The position numbers were made by a program, and so were the translations under genes. Below, in pieces: positions 25,732-36,649 of a DNA stretch of 64,000 nt. Origin of the DNA: Candidatus Pacebacteria bacterium GW2011_GWA1_46_10. GTDB lineage: Bacteria > Patescibacteriota > Microgenomatia > UBA1400 > PJMF01. A model generated the notes under the pieces. The model was not told the origin of the DNA. It saw nothing but the letters and a program-made list of their open reading frames with translations, and made no database searches. How positions within the stretch are numbered: the stretch's first letter is position 1; every line of letters starts with the position of its first letter. Location of the stretch: NCBI GenBank assembly GCA_001002135.1, contig LCLP01000003.1, forward strand, positions 41,198 to 105,197, in the 5' to 3' direction.

Positions 25732-26927
25732 AACCAACCTTGATTACCGGCCTGCAGTGGGGTGATGAGGGTAAGGGTAAGGTGATCGACCTATTGGCCG
25801 ATAAGTTCGACGTCACCATTCGCTTTAATGGCGGCAACAACGCCGGCCACACCGTCAAGGTCGGTGACACCACCCTGCACTTCAAACTGATGCCCTCCGC
25901 AGCGCTCCATGGCAAAAAGGTCCTAATCGCTCAAGCCGTCGTTATCAACCCCAAAGTCATGCTCCAAGAAATTGACCAAATCAAACAATTGGGCGTCAAA
26001 CTCGACCTTGGCATCGACCCTCGCTGTCATGTGGTCCTCCCTTACCACCAGGCGTTAGACGGCGCTTCTGAAGCCAGCAAAGGCAAAGCCAAGACCGGCT
26101 CACTGGGACTAGGGATTGGTTTTTCGTTTGAGGACCGCACCAACCGCGCCGGCATCCGGATGGAAGAGCTTGTCCAACCGACAGTGTTACGGGAAAAGTT
26201 AAAAGCCAACTGGGACTTGAAGAAGCGCCGAGTGGTTAACGCCTACCAGCAGCAATTCCCACTCCAGTTTGAAAAAGTTTACCAAGAATATGTGGCCTAC
26301 GGGCGGAAACTCAAGCCATACTTGCTGTCAGTGGCCGAGTACACTCTTGATCATCTCCCCAAAAAGCGTTTTCTCCTCGAGACCGCTCAAGGCTTTTCCC
26401 TCGACTTTGTCTTTGGCACCTACCCGTATACCGTCGCCTACCACACTCTTGCTTCTTCGGCGCTGCCCGACATTGGCCTACCACCGATGGCGCTCAACGT
26501 CGTCGGCATCGTCAAAGCCTACACAACGCGGGTTGGTAACGGCCCCTTCCCCACTGAACTTAAAACCAAAATTGGCGATTACCTCCAGGAAAAAGGCCAT
26601 GAATTTGGCACTGTTTCCGGCCGACGTCGCCGTTGTGGTTGGCTCGATTTGCCAATACTCCAACACGCTGGCCGCCTGAGTGGTATCAACTCGATTATCC
26701 TGACTAAATTGGACGTGTTAAGCGGCTTGAAAACCCTCAAAATCAAGACTGCCAAAGGCTACGTCAACTTCCCCGGCTGGCAGGAGGACATCAGCACTGT
26801 GAAGCGCTGGGACAAACTCCCTGTCAACTGTCGACGTTATGTTTTGTACCTTGAAAAACAGTTGTACGTTCCGATAAAGTACGTGTCTGTCGGACCAGAC
26901 CGACGACAAACCATTAGCAGGAAATAA
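25728..26927 (+). CDS. purA: adenylosuccinate synthase
   Basis: GLQWGDEGKGK, GGNNAGHT, KAYTTRVGNGPFPTE, GRRRRCGWLD, TKLDVL. Confidence 0.96.
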   Translation: MKPTLITGLQWGDEGKGKVIDLLADKFDVTIRFNGGNNAGHTVKVGDTTLHFKLMPSAALHGKKVLIAQAVVINPKVMLQEIDQIKQLGVKLDLGIDPRCHVVLPYHQALDGASEASKGKAKTGSLGLGIGFSFEDRTNRAGIRMEELVQPTVLREKLKANWDLKKRRVVNAYQQQFPLQFEKVYQEYVAYGRKLKPYLLSVAEYTLDHLPKKRFLLETAQGFSLDFVFGTYPYTVAYHTLASSALPDIGLPPMALNVVGIVKAYTTRVGNGPFPTELKTKIGDYLQEKGHEFGTVSGRRRRCGWLDLPILQHAGRLSGINSIILTKLDVLSGLKTLKIKTAKGYVNFPGWQEDISTVKRWDKLPVNCRRYVLYLEKQLYVPIKYVSVGPDRRQTISRK

Positions 26928-28370
26928 ATGCCCACCCAATCCAATATTCCACTCGCCCTGGCTTACGACGATGTCTTACTCGTGCCCCAGCGCTCGCGCA
27001 TCAAACACCGCGCTGATACCAATACCGCCACCTACTTGACCAGTAAAATCAAACTGGCCTTGCCTTTCCTGTCCGCCAACATGGACACCGTAACAGAAAG
27101 CCAGATGGCGATCGCCATGGCTCGCGCCGGAGGCTTGGGAGTCATTCACCGCTTTATGACTATTAAAGATCAGGTAAAAGAGGTTGATAAAGTGGCTCGC
27201 TTCGAGGGCTTTTTTATCGACAATCCTTACACTACTCATCCCGACAAACCAGTTCGTCACATCATTGAGAACATTGCCCTTAATGGGGTCAGCAGTTATT
27301 TGGTGGTCGATCAGAAAAATAAACTGCTGGGTTTAGTCAGCCGCCGCGATGTCATTTTTGAGACTGATCACAGCCAAAAGGTTTCACAAGTAATGACGCC
27401 CCTGAAAAGCTTAATTACCGTCCCTCCAGGCACCACCAAAGACAAAGCTAAAAAACTCTTTGCCAAGTACAAGATTGAGAAACTGCCGGTTATCAAGCGT
27501 GATGGCACCCTGGCCGGCCTGATTACCGCTAAATCAATCGAAAACTATGAACTACAGCCACTGGCCACCAAGGACGAACTCGGTCGCCTGCGCTGCGGGG
27601 CCGCCGTTGGGGTGGTTGGTGACTACTTGGAACGCGCTGGCGCCTTGCTCACGGCCGGCGCTGATGTCCTGGTCGTCGACGTCGCTCATGGCCAAAACGC
27701 CGCCTCACTAGAAGCCATCGCCGCGCTGCGTAAGACCTACCACCAAGCCCAAATTATCGGCGGCAACGTTGCCACACCCCAAGGAGTCAAAGACCTCATT
27801 AAGGCTGGTGTCGACGCCGTCAAAGTCGGCATCGGCCCGGGCGGCATTTGTTCCACCCGCATGGTCACTGGCGTTGGTGTCCCGCAGTTCACGGCCGTAA
27901 TGCAGTGCACCGCGGCCGCCAAAGGCACCAAGGTCAAGGTCATTGCCGACGGCGGCACCAACTACGCTGGCGATATCGCCAAGGCCCTGGCCGCCGGCGC
28001 TTCCACCATCATGCTGGCTGGTTGGTTTGCTGGCACCAACGAGAGTCCAGGTGAGATTATCGTCCGCAACAACCGCAAATTTAAGGTTCACCGCGGCTCA
28101 GCTTCTTTCAGCTCACAGGTGGATCGGGGTGCGCGCACCGGTACGCTCAAAAACGGGCTGAATACCATCGTGCCAGAAGGAGTGGAATCACTCATCGAAT
28201 ACAAAGGTGGGGTTTCAGACATTATTTACCAACTACTGGGCAGTCTGCGCTCCGCCATGAGTTACTGCAACGCTACTACTATCAAGGAGTTACAGCAAAA
28301 CGCCAAATTCGTGAGGATTACCTCTGCCGGGTTCAGAGAATCAAAAACGCATAACGTCGATGAGATTTAG
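26928..28370 (+). CDS. guaB: IMP dehydrogenase (with CBS pair)
   Basis: [41 protein letters not shown]. Confidence 0.95.
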   Translation: MPTQSNIPLALAYDDVLLVPQRSRIKHRADTNTATYLTSKIKLALPFLSANMDTVTESQMAIAMARAGGLGVIHRFMTIKDQVKEVDKVARFEGFFIDNPYTTHPDKPVRHIIENIALNGVSSYLVVDQKNKLLGLVSRRDVIFETDHSQKVSQVMTPLKSLITVPPGTTKDKAKKLFAKYKIEKLPVIKRDGTLAGLITAKSIENYELQPLATKDELGRLRCGAAVGVVGDYLERAGALLTAGADVLVVDVAHGQNAASLEAIAALRKTYHQAQIIGGNVATPQGVKDLIKAGVDAVKVGIGPGGICSTRMVTGVGVPQFTAVMQCTAAAKGTKVKVIADGGTNYAGDIAKALAAGASTIMLAGWFAGTNESPGEIIVRNNRKFKVHRGSASFSSQVDRGARTGTLKNGLNTIVPEGVESLIEYKGGVSDIIYQLLGSLRSAMSYCNATTIKELQQNAKFVRITSAGFRESKTHNVDEI

Positions 28371-29260
28371 CGCGCCGGTTCTTGGCGAGGATTCGCGGGA
28401 TCTTTGTAAAAAATGATACTGTGGTCAGGCACACCCCCTCTGATGCGAGTGCCGTTCCTGGGATTGTTCTCATCAAACGGTTCACCTTTTAAGATTGAGT
28501 TAATACTGGGAAAATTGGTCTGTTGACCATCAGTGTAATAGACTACTGGCACGTGGCCTGCTTCTTCCAATTCCAGCAGATCGTGAACTGCCACCGGGTC
28601 AATCGGCACACTCATCCCTGGCCTAAAATCGTCGGTGTTTTTCGATAAAACACCTCTCTCAATCAAAGCTGGAAAAGTGGCAAAACTAATCGGTCGAGCA
28701 TTTTTATCCAATTTTGGGTCAGCCGTGCAGATAAACAACACATTGGACAAAATCATTGCCAATAACTCAATGTCTTTCGGGTCTGTGGTTCGAGCTAGTT
28801 CTTGAGCAAACAACTGTAATAACAAAACCGCCGAGGTATCGGAAGACTGCCCCTCTTTAAGCCAACTGGCGCTGATCACATCGTGAGTGTGGTCGCGGGC
28901 CAAAGCGGCAGCCCTCGCAGGACTGTTAGGCACTGCCGATGCCACCTTTAAACCATGTGAGCCGGCCAGCTGACGCAACACCTCAGCATTCTCAAGCATC
29001 ATATGCTTAGCCAACCGATCTTTGGCACCCGAAGAAATATCGCCAGCAGCCCTTTGGTCTCGGCGAACCCTTGGCCCACCACCAATAATCAAACCAATTT
29101 TGGCATAGTGCTCAAGCAAAACCGAGGCAAAGGTGCGGAAAAAATCCTCAAAATAGTCCTGCTTGATTACTCCTGTTTCTGGATCGGTAGCAAACGAACC
29201 ACCAAACTTCACCACGGCAATGCGCTGTTTTTCTGTCTGCTCGCTGGTATTCGTACTCAT
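28367..29260 (-). CDS. pyrH: UMP kinase, divergent archaeal-like type
   Basis: VVKFGGS, IIGGGPRVR, GQSSDTSAV, SNV..TADPK, PIDPVA, GTRI. Confidence 0.7.
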   Translation of the reverse strand: MSTNTSEQTEKQRIAVVKFGGSFATDPETGVIKQDYFEDFFRTFASVLLEHYAKIGLIIGGGPRVRRDQRAAGDISSGAKDRLAKHMMLENAEVLRQLAGSHGLKVASAVPNSPARAAALARDHTHDVISASWLKEGQSSDTSAVLLLQLFAQELARTTDPKDIELLAMILSNVLFICTADPKLDKNARPISFATFPALIERGVLSKNTDDFRPGMSVPIDPVAVHDLLELEEAGHVPVVYYTDGQQTNFPSINSILKGEPFDENNPRNGTRIRGGVPDHSIIFYKDPANPRQEPAR

Positions 29261-29476
29261 ACTTTACTTTGCTTGGCCGCCTCAAAGCATAGTGGTTAAA
29301 CCACCAGATCCCACCTACTTCATCACGGTCGGGCAGATGATACTGTTATCGGTAATAGCTTGACTAATCGGTCAAATTACTACGATAGAAAACTTACTCG
29401 GCGAATTCTACTATTTTATAGGACGCATAGCAAGCCTAAAACTTACTTTATCATTGCTATAATGACCCCTGAGTTT

Positions 29477-30613
29477 ATGAAAATCCTGATGGTCACCACC
29501 ACCTACTCTCCCAGCCTCAACGGGGTGGCTATCTCCACGTACCGCACCGTCCAAGAATTGCGTCGGAAAAAGCACCGAGTCACCGTTATCATGCCTCATC
29601 ACCCGCAACGAAAGAAAAAACACCCAGACGACATCGAGCTCCCTGCGCTTCCCAATCCGATTCAGAAAGATTACCCCATTCCAGTCCCTGCCAGGTTTTC
29701 TATCCCACAACTGGCAAAAAAACGCTTCGATATTGTGCACTTTCATCAACCGGTGTTGATCGATGTTTTGGCTCAATCGATCGCCAAAGACCAAAACATT
29801 CCCCTCGTTTTTACCTACCACACCAGATACGAAGACTATGCCAAACAATACGCTTCGTTCCTGCCTAAAAAATTCTTAAGCCAGATCGTCAAAGCCAAAA
29901 TCCAAACCATCCTCAATCGGTGTGATGGACTAATCGCTACCACCCAAACCTACCAACAACAATTGCAAAAAACTTTCCAGAAACCGGTCTTTTACGTTTC
30001 TACTGCCGGTTTGACCAAGCGCATGAAAGTCAGAGTGAGTAAACAAACCCTGCGCCAGCACCATCAAATCCCGTTGGATAAAACGGTGTTACTCAATGTT
30101 TCGCGCCAAGTACCCGAAAAAAACCTCCCGCTCATCATCAAAACATTTGCTCTTTTGCCAACCAAATATTTCCTGGTCATGGTTGGTGGTGGTATCAGCA
30201 CCGAGCCGCTCAAAAAATTGAGTCAGCAACTCAAGGTTAATAGCCGCGTGCTCTTTACCGGTCCTCTCCCCCAAGAAAACCTGCCTGATTGGTTTAGTCT
30301 GGCTGATTTTTTTATCTATTCTTCAAAGACCGATACGATCGGCATCAACATTCTGGAAGCGCTGTCTGCCGGTCTGCCGGTGTTTGCTGTCCAAGACCCC
30401 AATGTAGCAGAAGTCATCAAACACGGCAGCAATGGCTTTGTGCTGCCAGCCAAGCCAAAAGCCTTCGCTAAAGCCATTCAACAGTTTCCCTGGCGGCGCT
30501 ATGCCAGTTTCTCGCGCCAAGCGACTACCAGCGCGCATCACTTTTTGATCTCTGAAACCACCAAACAACTAGTTGAGGTATATAAAACCATCATCGCTAA
30601 CAAACATGTTTGA
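29477..30613 (+). CDS. glycosyltransferase family 4
   Basis: TYSPSLNGVA, FTYHT, SRQVPEKN, ILEALSAGLPV. Confidence 0.9.
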   Translation: MKILMVTTTYSPSLNGVAISTYRTVQELRRKKHRVTVIMPHHPQRKKKHPDDIELPALPNPIQKDYPIPVPARFSIPQLAKKRFDIVHFHQPVLIDVLAQSIAKDQNIPLVFTYHTRYEDYAKQYASFLPKKFLSQIVKAKIQTILNRCDGLIATTQTYQQQLQKTFQKPVFYVSTAGLTKRMKVRVSKQTLRQHHQIPLDKTVLLNVSRQVPEKNLPLIIKTFALLPTKYFLVMVGGGISTEPLKKLSQQLKVNSRVLFTGPLPQENLPDWFSLADFFIYSSKTDTIGINILEALSAGLPVFAVQDPNVAEVIKHGSNGFVLPAKPKAFAKAIQQFPWRRYASFSRQATTSAHHFLISETTKQLVEVYKTIIANKHV

Positions 30614-31727
30614 CATCGTCGTCATCGGGGCCGGTATTTCCGGAGCAACACTGGCTGAGCGCTATGCTTCGCTTGACAAAAAAGTGCTGGTGATCGAAAA
30701 GCGTGACCACATCGGCGGCAACTGCTACGACTTTTACAACCAAGACGGCATCCTTATCTCCAAGTACGGCGCGCACCTGTTTCACACCAACTACGAAGAC
30801 GTCTGGGAATACGTCAATCGCTTCGCTGACTGGTATTTTTACGAGCACCGAGTGTTGGCCAAAGTCGACGGTCAACTTGTGCCGATTCCGGTCAACATCA
30901 CCACGGTTAATAAAGTCTTTGGCTTGAAACTCAAAACCGAACAGGAAATGAAACAATGGCTCAAAAAACACCAGCTCCCCAACCAAAATCCCAAAAACGG
31001 TGAGGAGGCGGCGCTGGCTCGGGTTGGCAAAGTGTTATACGAAAAAATGTTTAAAAACTACACCAAAAAACAGTGGCACAAAGATCCATCAGCACTTGAT
31101 GCCTCGGTCCTCAATCGGATTCCGGTGCGCACCACCTTTGATGACCGCTACTTTAGCGACAAGTATCAATATTTACCGACCGGCGGTTACACTAAGCTCT
31201 TTGAAAAAATGCTTGACCGCCCTCATATTACAGTGCGACTCAACACCGATTATTTTGATGTCAAAAACGAGTTGAAAGGATACCAAAAACTCTTTTTCAC
31301 CGGCCCGATTGACCGGTTTTTCGAGTTTAAATACAGTCTGGAACACCAACTGGAGTACCGCTCACTCAACTTTGTTTGGGAAACACACGATCAAGAGTTT
31401 TATCAGCAAAACGCCGTCATTAATTATCCCTCATCTGTCGACGGTGACTTCACGCGGATCGTGGAGTACAAACATTTTACCAAGCAAAAACACCCCAAAA
31501 CTACTATTTCCAAAGAGTATTCTACCGACTACATTCCAGGCGAAAATGAACCATACTACCCTGTGCCAAATCCCCAGAACCGAGCACTCTACGAAAAATA
31601 CCAACAGGAGGCCAGTCAATTAACCGACATTTACTTTGTTGGCCGACTGGCTAATTACAAGTATTTCAACATGGACGAAGCCTTCAAAAATGCACTGGAT
31701 TTATTCACTAGACTAGAAGAAAAATGA
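30606..31727 (+). CDS. glf: UDP-galactopyranose mutase
   Basis: GAGISG, IGGNCYD, YGAHLFHT, YTKKQW, EPYYP, GRLANYKYFNMD. Confidence 0.96.
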   Translation: MFDIVVIGAGISGATLAERYASLDKKVLVIEKRDHIGGNCYDFYNQDGILISKYGAHLFHTNYEDVWEYVNRFADWYFYEHRVLAKVDGQLVPIPVNITTVNKVFGLKLKTEQEMKQWLKKHQLPNQNPKNGEEAALARVGKVLYEKMFKNYTKKQWHKDPSALDASVLNRIPVRTTFDDRYFSDKYQYLPTGGYTKLFEKMLDRPHITVRLNTDYFDVKNELKGYQKLFFTGPIDRFFEFKYSLEHQLEYRSLNFVWETHDQEFYQQNAVINYPSSVDGDFTRIVEYKHFTKQKHPKTTISKEYSTDYIPGENEPYYPVPNPQNRALYEKYQQEASQLTDIYFVGRLANYKYFNMDEAFKNALDLFTRLEEK

Positions 31728-31771
31728 GTTCGCAACCTTGGTGAGTTTGAAACAATAATAAAAAACTACAA

Positions 31772-31853
31772 CATATGTTTCTGAAAATGACCCCCAAAAT
31801 CTGCCATGCATTTGCCATGCAAATATGGGGTATCACTTTCAGAAAACGTATAT
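31772..31853. repeat. palindromic intergenic element (family with 39331-39420 and 47078-47153)
   Basis: GTTTCTGAAAATGAC...TCACTTTCAGAAAAC..TATC arms around TGCCATGCA repeats. Confidence 0.55.
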
Positions 31854-31884
31854 CTTGGTTTCCTTAAAGTAGGTTAATTAAAAG

Positions 31885-32976
31885 ATGAAACAACTCAATG
31901 TTGGTGACCACCGCTACACCCTACCCCTGTTTCTACCTGATGCCACCCGCGGGGTGGTGCGGGGATTGTCCAGCCAACAAGTTCAAGAGGTGGGCATCCA
32001 AGGAGTAGTGGTTAATACTTACCATTTGCTGGAACGGCCAGGAACAGTGGTGCTGAAAAAGCTCGGCAGCGTGGGGGCATTGATGAGCTGGCGCGGTTTG
32101 ATCGTTTCTGATTCCGGCGGTTTTCAACTATTTTCCCTCATTCATAAACATCCCAAACTCGGCAAAATCACCGACGAAGGCGTGGTGCTCTACTCCAGTG
32201 AAAAACAACGGCGAAAAACCCTTTTTACTCCCGAAGATTCCATTAAAACCCAGTTTGCCATCGGGGCGGACATCATGATTTGTTTAGACGATTTTTCCCC
32301 CGTAAGTGGCTCGGCCAAACGCTTACAGGAAAGTGTGGAAAGAACTACCGCGTGGGCCAAGCGTTGTAAAACCGAGTTTGAAAAACAGTGTCGGAAAAAA
32401 GGGTTAAGCAAGCGTAATCGCCCATTGTTGTTTGCCGTCATCCAAGGCCACGACCAACCGGCGCTGCGCCAACAAAGTGCTCAGGAACTAATCGAGCTTG
32501 GTTTTGATGGGTTCGGTTTTGGCGGCTGGCCACTTGATAGTAACGGTGATTTTGACTATCATATCGCCCGAGTGATAGCCGACGCCACTCCTAATGATAA
32601 GCCCCGCTTCGCCCTGGGAGTCGGCTCACCGGCCAACATCGTCAAACTGCGCTTGATGGGGTACGACCTGTTTGATTGCGTCCTGCCCACCAGAGACGCC
32701 CGTCATCAACGGTTGTATGTCTTAAACCAACCACTCAACCAAGTAAATTTCTCCGGTAAAAGACCGTGGTATCAACACCTGTATATAGACCGCGGGCGGT
32801 ATGTTGCTGATCCCACGCCGGTCGATCAATACTGTGATTGTCCAACTTGTAAAAATTACTCGAAAGCTTACCTCCACCATCTCTTTAAAATTCAGGATAG
32901 TTTAGCTTTTCAGCTGGCCATCACCCACAACCTCTGGTTTTATGCCCAATTGATGAAAAAGCTCCAACAAATGTAA
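31885..32976 (+). CDS. tgt: tRNA-guanine transglycosylase
   Basis: NTYHL, DSGGFQ, IQG, KPRFALGVG, DLFDCVLPTR, CDCPTC Zn site, HNL. Confidence 0.93.
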   Translation: MKQLNVGDHRYTLPLFLPDATRGVVRGLSSQQVQEVGIQGVVVNTYHLLERPGTVVLKKLGSVGALMSWRGLIVSDSGGFQLFSLIHKHPKLGKITDEGVVLYSSEKQRRKTLFTPEDSIKTQFAIGADIMICLDDFSPVSGSAKRLQESVERTTAWAKRCKTEFEKQCRKKGLSKRNRPLLFAVIQGHDQPALRQQSAQELIELGFDGFGFGGWPLDSNGDFDYHIARVIADATPNDKPRFALGVGSPANIVKLRLMGYDLFDCVLPTRDARHQRLYVLNQPLNQVNFSGKRPWYQHLYIDRGRYVADPTPVDQYCDCPTCKNYSKAYLHHLFKIQDSLAFQLAITHNLWFYAQLMKKLQQM

Positions 32977-33011
32977 CGCTTTTTGTCAGTTTCCCTTTTC
33001 ATCATAAGATC

Positions 33012-33659
33012 ATGAAGCATCGACCCAATATTCGAGAGAAACTGCGGTCTTTTGGACCGCAAAACTTAAGTAACCAAGAATTGTTGGCCTTGATTTTGGG
33101 CAGCGGCACTCTTAATCTTTCGGTCATCCAGTTAGCAGCCCAGATCCTGCGCCAGTTTCCACTGGCAATACTTCACCAGCCATCACTCAAAAAACTGACT
33201 ACAATCAGCGGTCTAGGTCCAGCTAAAGCGGCCCAAATCATGGCCGCGCTGGAACTGGGGAAACGAAACCATCAACCCACTCCAACACCCATCAGAAATC
33301 CTCACAGTGTTCTGCCGCATCTAGAAGAAATTCGCCGTAAACGGCGAGAACATACCATCTGTTTATACCTGAATGCCCGCCACGAACTGCTGCATAAAGA
33401 GACCGTCGCCGTTGGCGGTTTGAACTACTCTCTCCTAGAGGCTAGAGACGTTTTTGGCCCCGCGCTGCGGCTGCCGGCCGTATCCATTATTTTGGCTCAC
33501 AATCACCCATCAGGCTCGACTAAACCAAGTCAAGAAGATCTGAGTGTGACTGACAAATTGGCGAAAGCCGGTACATTACTCGGTGTGACTCTCCTCGATC
33601 ACTTGATTGTTACAAGAACTGCCTATACCTCACTGCGCGAACAAGGGAAGTTAGAGTAA
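33012..33659 (+). CDS. radC: RadC family (JAB domain) protein
   Basis: REKL, ELLALILGSG, GLGPAKA, AHNHPSG, LLDHLI. Confidence 0.93.
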   Translation: MKHRPNIREKLRSFGPQNLSNQELLALILGSGTLNLSVIQLAAQILRQFPLAILHQPSLKKLTTISGLGPAKAAQIMAALELGKRNHQPTPTPIRNPHSVLPHLEEIRRKRREHTICLYLNARHELLHKETVAVGGLNYSLLEARDVFGPALRLPAVSIILAHNHPSGSTKPSQEDLSVTDKLAKAGTLLGVTLLDHLIVTRTAYTSLREQGKLE

Positions 33660-33668
33660 TGCTCAATT

Positions 33669-33870
33669 TATTTCTTTATTTTCGCAGCAACACTTCAAAT
33701 GAATCAATAAAATCTGACAAAAAAAACCTTTGAAAAATCGTCATTGGTTTTTTGAGAGACTTCAAATTTTCGAGTAGATTTTTCACAGAGCTGGTGGAGG
33801 TGCCAGCGCGTTTTGAAGACAGATTTTGTTGATGAATTTCGAGATTCGAGAATGAAAAAATAAAGAAATA
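33669..33870. repeat. about 200-bp nested fold-back element between convergent radC and cysS
   Basis: 14-bp terminal IR TATTTCTTTATTTT/AAAATAAAGAAATA plus inner arms TCAATAAAATCTG/CAGATTTTGTTGA and TGAAAAATC/GATTTTTCA. Confidence 0.65.
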
Positions 33871-33882
33871 TATTTGATAAAA

Positions 33883-35304
33883 TTATTGTTTTTTTACTCG
33901 CTGCTCACCCGATGCTTCATCAATTACCTGAAAACCAGCTTTTTCAATCTGCTGACGCAGTGTATCTGCTGACTGCCAATCTTGCTTTTCACGAGCAACT
34001 TGCCGCTGATCAAGCAACTGCTGAATCTCTGTTGGCACCTCAACCGGTTCAACCTCATGAATCTTGGCTAACCCCAGTCCTAGCACTTCATCAAACTCAA
34101 GGAGTAAGTGGTACTTTTGCTCATCAGTGACATTACTCCCTCCCACTAAGTCCCACATCACGGCCAACGCTTCTGGCGTCTTAAGATCATGCTCAATTTG
34201 ACCAAAGAAACGATGTCGATAGTTTTCGACTGCCGCCAGCTGTGCTTCAGTTGGTTCCGGCGCTTGACCCTTAGTCTCCAAAAATCCCTGAATACGGTCA
34301 ACTAATTTTTCCCAGGACACTTGTGCGCCCTCCATATTTTCCCAAGTAAAGTTCATTTCTGAGCGGTAGTGAGCCGACAAGAGCAATAAGCGAAACGCCA
34401 TCGGGTCATACTCTTTTTTCAAAAGGTCATCGATGGTGTAAAAGTTATTGAGCGACTTACTCATCTTCTGGCCATCAACCAGCAAAAAGTTGTGATGAAC
34501 CCAAAACCGCACAAACGGTTTTCTACCGGTAATTGCTTCACTTTGGGCAATTTCATTGGTGTGATGCACTGGAATGTGGTCGAATCCACCGGTGTGAATA
34601 TCAAGTTGGTCGCCCAAATGTTCCATGCTGATGGCTGAACACTCGATGTGCCAGCCAGGGAAACTGCGCTGGTGCCAAGGGCTTTCCCAGACCATGGCTC
34701 GGTTTTCGCCTGGTCGTTCAAACTTCCAGAGCGCAAAGTCGGCGGGGTGACGTTTACCCACCACCTTCTCAATCCGCGCCCCCTCTTCCAATCCTTCGAT
34801 GTTCAACCGAGCCAATTTGCCGTAATTAGGTAGTTTACTAGTGTCAAAGTACACCCCGTCTTCCGGAATAACATAGGTATAGCCTTTTTCCTCCAGTTTT
34901 TTAACAAGGTCAAGCTGATACGGCACACTTTCCGTCGCTCGCGCCGTGACATTGGGGCGCAAGTTATTCATCAGATCCAAAGAGTAGTGAAAGTAGTCCT
35001 CAAACTTCTGGGCTATCTCCCAAGCCGTACCACCATATTTTTTGGCGCTCTTCTCCATTTTGTCCTCACCAGTATCGGCGTCTGAAGCCAGGTGCCCAAC
35101 GTCAGTCACATTGCGCACAAACTTCACCTCGTACCCTGTATGCCGCAGCGTGCGCACTAGCACATCATCCATGGTGTATTTCCTGAGGTGCCCGATGTGG
35201 GTGTAGTCATAGACGGTCGGTCCGCAGGTATAGAGCTTGACCAAACTGGGATCCAGTGGCACAAACTCTTCGATCTGGCGAGAAAGGGTGTTATAGAGTT
35301 TCAT
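33883..35304 (-). CDS. cysS: cysteine--tRNA ligase
   Basis: CGPTVY, HIGH, DFALWK, PGWHIECS, KMSKS. Confidence 0.97.
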   Translation of the reverse strand: MKLYNTLSRQIEEFVPLDPSLVKLYTCGPTVYDYTHIGHLRKYTMDDVLVRTLRHTGYEVKFVRNVTDVGHLASDADTGEDKMEKSAKKYGGTAWEIAQKFEDYFHYSLDLMNNLRPNVTARATESVPYQLDLVKKLEEKGYTYVIPEDGVYFDTSKLPNYGKLARLNIEGLEEGARIEKVVGKRHPADFALWKFERPGENRAMVWESPWHQRSFPGWHIECSAISMEHLGDQLDIHTGGFDHIPVHHTNEIAQSEAITGRKPFVRFWVHHNFLLVDGQKMSKSLNNFYTIDDLLKKEYDPMAFRLLLLSAHYRSEMNFTWENMEGAQVSWEKLVDRIQGFLETKGQAPEPTEAQLAAVENYRHRFFGQIEHDLKTPEALAVMWDLVGGSNVTDEQKYHLLLEFDEVLGLGLAKIHEVEPVEVPTEIQQLLDQRQVAREKQDWQSADTLRQQIEKAGFQVIDEASGEQRVKKQ

Positions 35305-35959
35305 CAAGCCAACCAATCATTTCTTCTACAGCATTAATTTTTGCTTGATAATCGTTGGGGTCTGCTTGTTGTAAATCACTGCCCAACAAATCTGCATAAA
35401 CAAACAGCAACAATCCTGGAGCTAAATCGCCCATGGCGTACAAAAGTTCGGCAAAGAAGTCTCGGTCAGATCTTTGCAGCTTTACACTCACCAAACCATG
35501 CATATAACCGTGAGCCAACACAAATTGATAAATCCACTCCTTTTCTACTTCAGTCAAATCAACCTGTTGTAAACAGCGCCTGGCCCAACTCACTCCGGTT
35601 AATTCATGACCAGGAGCACTAAAATTTCCCAGAGCGGTCTCTATCAGAACTTCTGCTTTGCCCATATCATGAAAAACCGTGGCTAGGAAAATCAGCGTTT
35701 GGTGCGAAACTTTATCTAGTTTACTAACTAAATAGGTTTGCAATTTGGCTTTTAATGATTCATTTTTAATAAATGCCAAGGCAAACAACTTTTCCAACCC
35801 CTCCAAAACTGCTATCACATGATCATACACTGACTGGTGATTATGATAGGCGCTGTTTTCTTTGGTGTTTTTCAATCGATAAAACTGAGGAAAGACATCG
35901 GTAAAATCACCGTCTTTAAGGGATTTGAGGGTAATCGCCTGCGGAGCAAGTTTTACCAT
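35291..35959 (-). CDS. stand-alone HD-domain protein (like the HD domain of CCA-adding enzymes)
   Basis: YHNHQSVYDH, FHDMGK, GHELTG, YADL. Confidence 0.8.
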   Translation of the reverse strand: MVKLAPQAITLKSLKDGDFTDVFPQFYRLKNTKENSAYHNHQSVYDHVIAVLEGLEKLFALAFIKNESLKAKLQTYLVSKLDKVSHQTLIFLATVFHDMGKAEVLIETALGNFSAPGHELTGVSWARRCLQQVDLTEVEKEWIYQFVLAHGYMHGLVSVKLQRSDRDFFAELLYAMGDLAPGLLLFVYADLLGSDLQQADPNDYQAKINAVEEMIGWLDETL

Positions 35960-35995
35960 TAGTTCATTATAGCGATCCTGACAATCTGGCGGTGA

Positions 35996-36649
35996 TTAAT
36001 TCGCCCCGGCCACCCGGCCGATTGATTGACGGTCGCGTTCCAGCATCTGTGTCGCCAATTTTTTGCGAGAGAGCGTCCCACCTCCTGGCCCGCCTGGGCC
36101 AATCGGGCCTTTGCGCGGTGAACTTGGGGGTGCAATGTCTTGCTGTTCTTTTAGTTCCAGTTCCCGTTTCTTTTTTTCCTTCTCCTCTTCCTCTGCCTTT
36201 TCTTTGACCATTTTTGCCTCAAATTTCTTTCTGGCTACTGCCTGCTGGTCTTCGGTTAGTTTTCCAAACCGTTCATTGAGTGCTTTTTTGCGCTGTTGTT
36301 CCTCAGGTGTATCTTCTGGATTGATATTCAACAAAGCATGGAGATCAAAAATGCCCGTCAAACCCTTTTTCACGTCTTGTACTGGTCGCTTAATCAACTC
36401 ATCTTTGACCGTACTGACTTCACGGGGTGGCGACGACTGTTGAGCAGGTGTCCGGCTCGAGTCGCCGGGCTGAGTAGCTGAACCACCAGCACTGTGTTGA
36501 GCATTCTGGGTGGTTTGTTGAGTTAATTGTTTTTGCCCAACAGCCGAGGCGGCAGCATTTTGCTCCAAATGCTCTTCGTCAAAGTGACCAAAACCTTGGC
36601 GAAACCCGCCGCCTTGGCGCGCCGCTACTCCGGGCAGTGCTGCTTTCAT
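35996..36649 (-). CDS. hypothetical low-complexity / coiled-coil protein
   Basis: 217-aa ORF, ATGA overlap with the upstream ORF. Confidence 0.7.
   Translation of the reverse strand: MKAALPGVAARQGGGFRQGFGHFDEEHLEQNAAASAVGQKQLTQQTTQNAQHSAGGSATQPGDSSRTPAQQSSPPREVSTVKDELIKRPVQDVKKGLTGIFDLHALLNINPEDTPEEQQRKKALNERFGKLTEDQQAVARKKFEAKMVKEKAEEEEKEKKKRELELKEQQDIAPPSSPRKGPIGPGGPGGGTLSRKKLATQMLERDRQSIGRVAGAN

Noticed and set aside
33012-33659. radC as a marker of a mobile or anti-restriction element
   Set aside because: Full-length chromosomal type with an N-terminal HhH region, in a housekeeping context.
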